Shown piece by piece: positions 30,573 through 38,048 of a stretch of 64,000 bases of DNA. The notes under the pieces were generated by a model. It was not told the DNA's origin, ran no database searches, and saw only the letters and a list, made by a program, of their open reading frames with translations. Source of the DNA: an uncultured Gammaproteobacteria bacterium. Its GTDB lineage: Bacteria > Patescibacteriota > Microgenomatia > CAZETR01 > Amesbacteraceae. The translations under genes were made by a program, and so were the position numbers. Positions within the stretch are counted from its first letter, which is position 1. Each line of letters opens with the position of its first letter. Location of the stretch: NCBI GenBank assembly GCA_964356225.1, contig CAYHGA010000001.1:104220-168219 (forward strand). Direction: 5' to 3'.

Positions 30573-30753
30573 GACTGAATGGGTGACAGTGTAAAATGCG
30601 CCAGCTACCCATCAAAACGCCTCTCAGGATACCATATTTATCTATAGCTTGGTAGGTGTATTCGCTGCAGGTGGGGTGGAAACGGCAAGAAGAGTGCAGG
30701 CTAGTGGGAAAGTTTTGATACCAGCGAATTAAGCGCAGTACTAATTTCTTCAT
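30565..30753 (-). CDS. yidD: membrane protein insertion efficiency factor YidD
   Basis: 62 aa. Carries CRFHPTCSEYT...HCHPF motifs. Confidence 0.8.
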   Translation of the reverse strand: MKKLVLRLIRWYQNFPTSLHSSCRFHPTCSEYTYQAIDKYGILRGVLMGSWRILHCHPFSHG

Positions 30754-31012
30754 GGCTTAATTTTAGCATCGTGCTCTTCGGGAAGAGGATAATGTCGAAA
30801 GAAATTTTCGGGAAACAAGAATAAATTTGGCGGCGGAGCCGGTTACGAATTACGGCGGATTTAGAAAGTTTGGCAGAGGTTACTATAGCGACGCGACCGG
30901 GAACGCGGGGAGTATAGAGAGTTGAGAAATGGGGGAAAAATAAAGACTTACCAAGTTTTTTGGTTTGTAAAAAGTCTAGGCGGGCCAGGCGGAGTGATTT
31001 AGGAAGCATCAA
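30701..31012 (-). CDS. rnpA: ribonuclease P protein component
   Basis: LPKSLRLARLDFLQTKKLGKS plus the RNR motif (VIRNRLRRQI). It precedes yidD. Confidence 0.75.
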   Translation of the reverse strand: MMLPKSLRLARLDFLQTKKLGKSLFFPHFSTLYTPRVPGRVAIVTSAKLSKSAVIRNRLRRQIYSCFPKISFDIILFPKSTMLKLSHEEISTALNSLVSKLSH

Positions 31013-31021
31013 ACGATTTTA

Positions 31022-31930
31022 CTATACTCCATACTTTCTTTGTCTTTTCCTTTCTGTTTCTCTTATTGCGTTCACCCTTCCATAGAACCCTCCTTGAGGG
31101 TCTCTTCCTTCATGTTGGGCCAGGGAGTCAGGTTTGGGAGCCATTGAATGGACGACCCCCATTTGAACCACCTTGTCTATCACCCCAAACCTTTTCTCAA
31201 CTTGGGGAACAATGTTTCCTTCCATTCCTCCACAAAGTACAAGCCAGAAGCCGTCAATGTCTTGGGCGGCTGGTTTATCGCCTCTTTGTTTTAAACGAGC
31301 TGGAAATTCTCTGGTAAAAGCTTTACCTCCGGATGAATCCGAGGGAACGAGCTGGTTAAATATATTTAACGACGGACTAAATCTATGGTCGGGTTTAATT
31401 GTGTTTTGACCTTGCTTCAAGGAACCACCCTCCCTCAAATTGTCGATTGCTGTTACCAAAATGTCGGGAAGCCGGGGGTCGATTTCTTTTCCCTGCCGTT
31501 TTAATTCTCGGGCAGAGAGCATAAGTTTAGCAATAATTAGGGATTGTAATTCCAGTAGTAGTATTTTGCCGTTAGGGGCAGTTTTTTCGGAATTTCCCGT
31601 AAGGACCACTAAAAGTGAGGCCATTTGAACCACCTTGGTCCGGTCACTGTTTGAAGAGGGGGTCTCACCGGGATATCCAACTGGTCCCATCAGAGCCAGA
31701 AACTCCCGCGATTGTTTGTATTTTTGGTCTAAGTTGGAAGAATAATCTGGAGACGGGATTTGTACGGCCCCATTTTCGAGGACAAGTTTTGTAAAGTAAC
31801 GGCTTTCTCCTAGTTTCAGAGTCCTATTTTTGATATTGGGACTTTTTAACTTATCGTCCAAAAAAGATTCTAGCGGAGGTTTTATTGATCCTCCATCAAA
31901 CCCTTGCTCCATTGTCGAGTCTGCGCTCAT
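31022..31930 (-). CDS. hypothetical protein (302 aa, soluble), inserted between rpmH and rnpA
   Basis: Long ORF with no recognisable motif. It interrupts the otherwise universally adjacent rpmH-rnpA pair. Confidence 0.35.
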   Translation of the reverse strand: MSADSTMEQGFDGGSIKPPLESFLDDKLKSPNIKNRTLKLGESRYFTKLVLENGAVQIPSPDYSSNLDQKYKQSREFLALMGPVGYPGETPSSNSDRTKVVQMASLLVVLTGNSEKTAPNGKILLLELQSLIIAKLMLSARELKRQGKEIDPRLPDILVTAIDNLREGGSLKQGQNTIKPDHRFSPSLNIFNQLVPSDSSGGKAFTREFPARLKQRGDKPAAQDIDGFWLVLCGGMEGNIVPQVEKRFGVIDKVVQMGVVHSMAPKPDSLAQHEGRDPQGGFYGRVNAIRETERKRQRKYGV

Positions 31931-31951
31931 GTTTTGTTTATGGTACTAAAA

Positions 31952-32485
31952 CTAGTGGTGTTTAACAAGAGGAATCAATATTTTTTCTGCTTGCCATGCT
32001 TTAACCACCCGAGCGTTAAATTTTAGTGCTCCCGTTTGATCTCCACGACTAAGGGCTTCGTTTCTAGCACGAACGGCTTGTTCTTTTAATTGGTGGGTTT
32101 TCCCTAAAGCGTAAGTCTTATCGTTGGGACAACTTATTAGAGCATAATACGTTCTAAGAAACTCGTGCTTTCTTTGTTTGAGAGAACGTTGTTGTGACAA
32201 CTCCACCGCTGCTGTGGGGTGTAATCTATGAAGATTTGACAAAAGGGTTTCTGTTAATAAATCTGCTAGTGGTAAATTTGTTGTTTTTAAGTTCTCAACT
32301 GTTTGTTGAGCGGTTAAAATAAGTCTAGTTGCTTTTGCACTAGTTAACGTCGGGGCTTCTCGCTTTGCGTCGTGGGCGATCCCCACATCTTGTAGGGCGG
32401 TTGATAGTCTGATTATTTGTTTGTTGATCGGACCAAGGGATTCCTGTGCTTCTGTTTGTGGGGGGGTGTTTTCAGACATATACAA
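31952..32485 (-). CDS. hypothetical alpha-helical protein (177 aa), inserted between rpmH and rnpA
   Basis: ORF ending 3 bp after the rpmH stop. Predicted helical. No motif. Confidence 0.35.
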   Translation of the reverse strand: MYMSENTPPQTEAQESLGPINKQIIRLSTALQDVGIAHDAKREAPTLTSAKATRLILTAQQTVENLKTTNLPLADLLTETLLSNLHRLHPTAAVELSQQRSLKQRKHEFLRTYYALISCPNDKTYALGKTHQLKEQAVRARNEALSRGDQTGALKFNARVVKAWQAEKILIPLVKHH

Positions 32486-32487
32486 AA

Positions 32488-32628
32488 TTAGACTGTTAAC
32501 TTTCGGCGGCCGGCGAGGCGGCGGCGTTTGAGAACGTTGCGGCCGGTGCGGGTGGACATACGGGATCTAAACCCATGTTTGCGAATTCTTTTCAACTTTT
32601 TGGGCTGCCAGGTGCGTTTAGTGGCCAT
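32488..32628 (-). CDS. rpmH: 50S ribosomal protein L34
   Basis: Hand translation of the minus strand gives [46 protein letters not shown], a canonical L34. It is below the 60-aa cutoff and so absent from the ORF track. Confidence 0.85.
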   Translation of the reverse strand: MATKRTWQPKKLKRIRKHGFRSRMSTRTGRNVLKRRRLAGRRKLTV

Positions 32629-32665
32629 GCGTGAAATTATATCACAAAGAGGTACTTGACGAATT

Positions 32666-32674
32666 GTGGATAAG
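32666..32674 (-). promoter_or_regulatory. perfect DnaA box (TTATCCACA) in the rpmH-dnaA spacer
   Basis: The plus strand reads tgtggataa. It lies 20 bp upstream of the dnaA start, suggesting an autoregulated dnaA promoter. Confidence 0.5.
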
Positions 32675-32693
32675 TTGTTAAATCAGGGATGTA

Positions 32694-34055
32694 ATGGACA
32701 GAGATGTAAAAAGAATTTGGAAAGCCGTATTAGAAGGAATGAAAGTGATGGTGTCTGCGGGGACTTTTAATACTGTAGTCCGACAAACGGAGCTGGTGGC
32801 AATAACGGAGAGCGGTAACCGGTGGATATGTGATGTGGCCTGCTCTTCAGGAATGACGAAAACTCTTTTGGAACAGCGCTTCCGGGGACAACTGGCAGAA
32901 GAGTTGAAAAGAGTGACAGAGAAAGATTGCGAGATACGATTTACAATCAACGCGCAACGCGCAAGGCTCAATACTCAAGAAGAAAACTTGCCTTTATTTA
33001 CGGAAAGAGATACTAACGCAGAAGTGCGGCGGGCCAGATTAAGGCCGGATTTTACTTTTGACAATTATGCTGTGTCGGGATCGAATCAAATGGCGCATGC
33101 GGCGGCGATGGCCGTGGCCCGCAAGCCGGGAACGGCTTACAACCCGCTATTTATCTATGGCGGTGTGGGGGTAGGAAAAACCCATTTAATGCAGGCGGTG
33201 GGACACGCGGTGATTGAAAGGGGGGAGGGGCCGGTGCTGTTTTGTACAGGGGAAGAGTTTACCAATGACTTAGTGATGGGCATCCGGAACAAAGATACGG
33301 ACCGGGTGCGGGGCAAATACCGAAAAGTGAAGGCCTTGTTGATTGACGACGTGCAATTTATTGCCGGTAAAGCTTCCGTGCAGGAAGAATTTTTCCATAC
33401 TTTCAATTCTATTGGCCGGGAGGGGGGGCAGGTGGTGATGACGTCGGATAAACCGCCGGGGGAAATCGCCAAATTGGAGGAGAGATTGCGCAGCCGGTTT
33501 GGAGCAGGAATGATTGTGGATGTGGGGCCGGCGGATTTTGAACTGCGAACGGCGATTCTGTTAATTAAAGCGAAACAAAAAGGAAAAGAGCTGGCGATGG
33601 ACGTGGCTCAAGTCATTGCAACACACATCGAGGGAGTGCGGGAGCTGGAGGGGTTCCTGATGAGAGTTGCTTCTGAAGCAGAGTTTAAAAAGGAGCCGGT
33701 GTCGGTAGAAATGGTAGAGCGGTTGCTAAAAATTGGCAGGCCGGCTGATGGACGATCTAAAATTGTGACCCCAAACGAGGTCATCAACCTAGTAGCTGAA
33801 TATTTCGGGGTAGGGGTGCAACAATTAAAAGGAGAGAGAAGAACCCAAACGATTGTCTGGCCGAGACAAATATTGATGCATTTGCTACGGACGGACTTAA
33901 AACTGCCCCTGGAAGAGGTGGGGCGCTTGATTGGGGGAAGGGACCATACAACGGTCATGCATGCTGATAAGAAAGTGTTGACAGCGATGCGGGAAGACGC
34001 CTTTGTCCACAACCAAATTGGGGATATCAAGAAAAAATTGTTGACAAGCCAATGA
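32694..34055 (+). CDS. dnaA: chromosomal replication initiator DnaA
   Basis: Walker A GGVGVGKTHLMQAVG. AAA+ core and a C-terminal DNA-binding HTH region. Confidence 0.95.
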   Translation: MDRDVKRIWKAVLEGMKVMVSAGTFNTVVRQTELVAITESGNRWICDVACSSGMTKTLLEQRFRGQLAEELKRVTEKDCEIRFTINAQRARLNTQEENLPLFTERDTNAEVRRARLRPDFTFDNYAVSGSNQMAHAAAMAVARKPGTAYNPLFIYGGVGVGKTHLMQAVGHAVIERGEGPVLFCTGEEFTNDLVMGIRNKDTDRVRGKYRKVKALLIDDVQFIAGKASVQEEFFHTFNSIGREGGQVVMTSDKPPGEIAKLEERLRSRFGAGMIVDVGPADFELRTAILLIKAKQKGKELAMDVAQVIATHIEGVRELEGFLMRVASEAEFKKEPVSVEMVERLLKIGRPADGRSKIVTPNEVINLVAEYFGVGVQQLKGERRTQTIVWPRQILMHLLRTDLKLPLEEVGRLIGGRDHTTVMHADKKVLTAMREDAFVHNQIGDIKKKLLTSQ

Positions 34056-34210
34056 CAATTGTATACAACTGGAGACGCTTATGCACTTGAAGTCAGATAT
34101 ACAGAAGTTGTCCACAAACTTATACACAAAACAATCCCCCGGCTGGCAGGTGGCTATTATCAACATATCCACAAGACCTACTACGGTTACTACTAGTTAG
34201 TAAAAGAAAA
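34056..34210. promoter_or_regulatory. candidate oriC (DnaA-box cluster plus AT-rich stretch) between dnaA and dnaN
   Basis: Same-orientation DnaA-box variants: TTGTCCACA (34108-34116), TTATACACA (34120-34128), TTATCAACA (34157-34165) and TATCCACA (34166-34173). An AT-rich run lies just before dnaN. Confidence 0.5.
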
Positions 34211-35317
34211 ATGCATGCAACTGTTTTACAGCAAGATCTAAATAAAGGGCTGGGGATAACCGGACGGGTGGTGGCCTCCCGAGGGCAAATGCCGATTTTG
34301 GCAAACATTCTGATTGAGGCGACTAAAGACGGAATAACGCTGGCGGCGACGAATTTAGAAATTGGTTTGAGGGTGGAGGTGGGAGGAAAAGTAATGGAAC
34401 CGGGGTCGATAACTATTCCGGGGAGGAACTTGGGAGAACTAGTGGGATCTCTTTCAGGGGAGAGTTTAGATTTACAAACCGAGGGGGAAAAATTAAAAAT
34501 TAAGTCTGGAAAGTCAGCGGGGGTGTTGGTGGGGATTGCTGCGAGCGAATTCCCGCCAATGCCGAGAGCGGGACAGGGGGGAAAAGGAGAGGGAGTAAAA
34601 ATTGACAAGAACATAATATTGGAAATAGCGAGCCAGGTGGCGTTTGCGGCGGCCGTGGACGAGAGCAGGCCGGTGCTTACTGGTTGTCGGTTTTCGGTGG
34701 TCGGTGATCGGTTAGTGGTGGTGGCGACGGATGGATTTCGCTTATCGCGAAAAATCCTCAATGCTCAATCCTCAATGCTCAAAGATAATTTGATTTTGCC
34801 GGCGAGGACGATACTGGAGCTGGCGAGAGTAGTAGGGGACGCGGGGGAAGTAACAATGGAGAACGTAAAAGAAAATAACCAGACGATTTTTAGCTGTGAT
34901 GGTGTGCAGTTAATATCAAGGGTGTTGGAAGGAAATTTTCCGGAAGTAGATAAAATAATTCCCCAGAGTTTTAAAACAGAGATTGGAGTGGACAGAGAAG
35001 AGCTACGGTCCTCTCTAAGAGTGGCGGGGATTTTTGCCAGAGAAAACAGCAATATTGTCAAGTTCATCGTTCATGGTTCACGGTTCATAGTAAAAGCTCA
35101 GGCGGGGCAGGTGGGGGAAAACGAGAGTGAGATGGAGATTGAAAAGGAGGGGGAGGACGGGGAGATTGCGTTTAACTACAAATTTGTGCAGGATTTTTTG
35201 GAGAGTGTAACAGAAGAAAGAGTAAAACTAAAAATAAACGACAGTTTATCACCGGGGGTGTGGGCGGGAGAAAAGGACAAGAGTTTGATTCATTTGATAA
35301 TGCCGGTGAGAGTTTAA
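34211..35317 (+). CDS. dnaN: DNA polymerase III beta sliding clamp
   Basis: MHATVLQQDLNKGL...MPILANILIEA start. Three-domain length of 368 aa. Confidence 0.9.
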   Translation: MHATVLQQDLNKGLGITGRVVASRGQMPILANILIEATKDGITLAATNLEIGLRVEVGGKVMEPGSITIPGRNLGELVGSLSGESLDLQTEGEKLKIKSGKSAGVLVGIAASEFPPMPRAGQGGKGEGVKIDKNIILEIASQVAFAAAVDESRPVLTGCRFSVVGDRLVVVATDGFRLSRKILNAQSSMLKDNLILPARTILELARVVGDAGEVTMENVKENNQTIFSCDGVQLISRVLEGNFPEVDKIIPQSFKTEIGVDREELRSSLRVAGIFARENSNIVKFIVHGSRFIVKAQAGQVGENESEMEIEKEGEDGEIAFNYKFVQDFLESVTEERVKLKINDSLSPGVWAGEKDKSLIHLIMPVRV

Positions 35318-35796
35318 TATACATTTGGCGCGGAGGTAAATTCGGTGGGCTCAAATTCATAGTTGATAGGCGCCTCTAAAGGCAGACCGCTAAAGGGTTT
35401 AACCATGACAGACATTTGATACTTTGTGTTGTAGATCCAATCTGACTTGGGGATAACGTGTAAAAGGGAGCGGTCTTTAGCGTCGATTTCGACAGAGATT
35501 TTAGTTTTCGGTTGAATATCGACCATGGCTGTACCGATCCTTAGTTCTTGGTTGAAAACGAAGGTAATAGCTGTATTGCGGAAAGCGACAGGCGATTTAC
35601 CCGGGAGAGGAAAGACGCTAACCAGTTCGAGTTTAATTGGCGCGGGGGTGGGGAAAACATTAACATTCTCAGATGGTTTTTTGGATTTAGATAACAAATA
35701 AACCATTGAAACGACAGAGATTGCCAGCAATACCAAAAACATACGGGCCCCCCTGTTTTTTAATAGATCGGACATTGCTTCTTGTTTTACTGGCAT
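35314..35796 (-). CDS. small membrane-anchored beta-rich protein (first gene of the T4SS-like cluster)
   Basis: N-terminal TM helix (MFLVLLAISVVSMVYLL) and a beta-rich ectodomain. ATGA-type coupling to the upstream giant gene. Confidence 0.35.
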   Translation of the reverse strand: MPVKQEAMSDLLKNRGARMFLVLLAISVVSMVYLLSKSKKPSENVNVFPTPAPIKLELVSVFPLPGKSPVAFRNTAITFVFNQELRIGTAMVDIQPKTKISVEIDAKDRSLLHVIPKSDWIYNTKYQMSVMVKPFSGLPLEAPINYEFEPTEFTSAPNVY

Positions 35797-38045
35797 AAGT
35801 AATTTTCAGGTTTTACAAAAAGGCCACTAACCTGCATTTCTAAGTGCAGATGGGTATTGCCTCCTTGATTATATAATTTTCCAACGGGCTTGCCAGAGTC
35901 GAGTGATTTCGTAAAATCAACTGTTGTTTGATCCATGTGCGTAAACGTTATGACATGTTTTCCAGTCTGGTCCCGATATAAGTAACTGAATCCGGAGCCT
36001 GGATTTGGAAACGACGTAGTGGGGTTCCAGGTGGTTGGGTTGCCATCAACTGACGGCGCGTAAACCCAAGCGTTGTCTCCTGGAAAAAGATCGGCGGCGT
36101 ATCCATAAAAAGGACACTTGGAAGAGGGGTGGGTTTGCTGACATTTGTTTCCGGTATTGCTGTTGGGAGCCTGACAGCCGATTAAAGTTTGCGGCAGGGG
36201 ATATGTGCAATCTTGGTGGGCGACATTGTTCCAATAATAGTTTGATCCGTGGCCGCCAGCGATGTCGTTTTCGTGCGAAGAATCGTATGATTTTTGTTTA
36301 TATACGCCATTCAAAATGGGACAAGAAATATTACGGGGGGCGTCTTGGGGTGGTTGGTTGTTTGTGGAAAACGGATTAGGGGGGACGACGAGGGCGGAGG
36401 AGTTGATGATGAAGAGAATTAGGGCGATGCCGATGGGAATACTTATGATAATGATGATTATGGGGGCGGCGATTTCGGTGGCCACAAGTCCGACCATGGC
36501 GGTGGAAGCGGTGGCAATGGCGTTACCGGTCTTGGTAAGAGCCCCGGCAACTCCGCCGGATCCTTGAATAGCAGCGCCGGCGACAGCCCCCGTAAGTCCG
36601 AGTGCGGAAGTGCCAATAAGACCCAGCCCGCCGATGACTCCACCGACTATTCCCGCCAGTCCCAGGAAAATAGCCGGAAGATATTCTTTGATGAGGATCT
36701 TGGCTTTCGACCAGAGAGTTTTGACGGCTTCGATGGCAAGGGGAATAAGAAGGGAAAGACCTAGTGTTTCCGGAGCCAAAGCGGCTCCGGCGGCGGCTTC
36801 GGCCCCGACAGCGGCAGCTTCGGTGGCAGCGGCGGTGGCGGCTTTGGTTCCTAAGGAAGTGAGAACTTTTTTACCGACTTCGGAGGCGGCGAATTTTTCC
36901 CAGGCGGCAGAGGCCACTTTGTCTTGAATTTTGTTTTTGCCGAAACCGACGAGACAATTGAACCAACCAGATTGATCTGGGGATAGAGGTTGGCCGGGGA
37001 CATGGTCCGATTGAGATGAATAAAACTGGAGCGGGCGGGTGAAATAAACAGTGCGGTAGTTGAGATATTCAATTACTTGATTTGAAAAGTAGATTTGAAC
37101 TCCGGAAACGCGCTGGGAATGCTGCGGGGGAGAGTCTGAGAGCCGGTGAGGTGTGAAAGAGGCAATGGTATTGATAAGGGGGACGAAGTGGGTGGCAAAT
37201 TGGGAAGCGAGGGACAGGGCCTGCGGGGTGGGATAACCGGCCTTGAGAAATTGGTTGTGAAGAGACAGGGTTAGGGGGGGGGTGGTAGGGGAGGGAGCTT
37301 GAATTTGGGAAATGCTGGATGCAGCAGTTTGGGGAATATTGAGAGGTTTACCAATGGCTTCTGAAGCTAGAGTTAGACGCTCAAGGAGTTGTTGGATTTG
37401 GGGGACCGTAACCTGGGGGGTGGCGATTTTGAGAACAGTGACGGCGGCGGCGGCCGGCTGGGGAAGAACTTGAATGGTTTGAAGATAAATATTTTCAATG
37501 ACGGGGTGGGAAACTTCGGGAATAAGGGGAGCTAAAATTTCAGGGAGAACAATGCTGGCAAGTTTTTCGATGGTGCCGACGGGTTCAAGAATAAGGCTGG
37601 GGGCAATATCGGGGATAGATTTTTCCAGCCCGGGAACATTTTGGGAAAGTTTTTTTAGAAGATCCAGGTGTTTTTGATAACTTTCCGCCCCAATTTTTTT
37701 TATGGCTTCGTCTTGACGGGCAAGACGCTCCTGATCTCTTTTTTCTTCTAAAAGCCTGACGTTTTCCTGGAGGTTGTCTATGGCCATGTTACTGGTGGCG
37801 TCGAGGTTGAGGGTACGAATTACATCAATGAGGGAAACAATACGGTCAAGCAGGTCTGGGTTGTTTTTTATTTGGTTGATGATGTTTTCGGCCGCGGCCC
37901 CCTTTTTTTGACGAATGGTGCTTTCGTATGCAGTCCACAGGCTGGTTTCGGTTTGGGCCAGAAACTGATAATCGTGGGGATGGAGACCGACGAGGCGAAG
38001 GGTTTCTTGAAGAACGGCGGCTTGTTTTTGAGCGAGATCGGCCAT
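35787..38045 (-). CDS. large membrane protein with C-terminal M23-like peptidase domain (T4SS-associated cell-wall hydrolase candidate)
   Basis: Helical/coiled-coil N-terminal half. Central Gly/Ala-rich multi-TM block. The C-terminus carries HENDIAGGHG and GNTHLHLEMQ motifs, which are LytM-like HxxxD and HxH. Confidence 0.45.
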   Translation of the reverse strand: MADLAQKQAAVLQETLRLVGLHPHDYQFLAQTETSLWTAYESTIRQKKGAAAENIINQIKNNPDLLDRIVSLIDVIRTLNLDATSNMAIDNLQENVRLLEEKRDQERLARQDEAIKKIGAESYQKHLDLLKKLSQNVPGLEKSIPDIAPSLILEPVGTIEKLASIVLPEILAPLIPEVSHPVIENIYLQTIQVLPQPAAAAVTVLKIATPQVTVPQIQQLLERLTLASEAIGKPLNIPQTAASSISQIQAPSPTTPPLTLSLHNQFLKAGYPTPQALSLASQFATHFVPLINTIASFTPHRLSDSPPQHSQRVSGVQIYFSNQVIEYLNYRTVYFTRPLQFYSSQSDHVPGQPLSPDQSGWFNCLVGFGKNKIQDKVASAAWEKFAASEVGKKVLTSLGTKAATAAATEAAAVGAEAAAGAALAPETLGLSLLIPLAIEAVKTLWSKAKILIKEYLPAIFLGLAGIVGGVIGGLGLIGTSALGLTGAVAGAAIQGSGGVAGALTKTGNAIATASTAMVGLVATEIAAPIIIIIISIPIGIALILFIINSSALVVPPNPFSTNNQPPQDAPRNISCPILNGVYKQKSYDSSHENDIAGGHGSNYYWNNVAHQDCTYPLPQTLIGCQAPNSNTGNKCQQTHPSSKCPFYGYAADLFPGDNAWVYAPSVDGNPTTWNPTTSFPNPGSGFSYLYRDQTGKHVITFTHMDQTTVDFTKSLDSGKPVGKLYNQGGNTHLHLEMQVSGLFVKPENYLCQ

Positions 38046-38048
38046 AGA

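Noticed and set aside
36035-37072. Multiple 60-114-aa ORFs on both strands within the giant M23-domain gene
   Set aside because: They are nested in a longer ORF with domain support.

The Gly/Ala-rich region creates long open frames on all strands.
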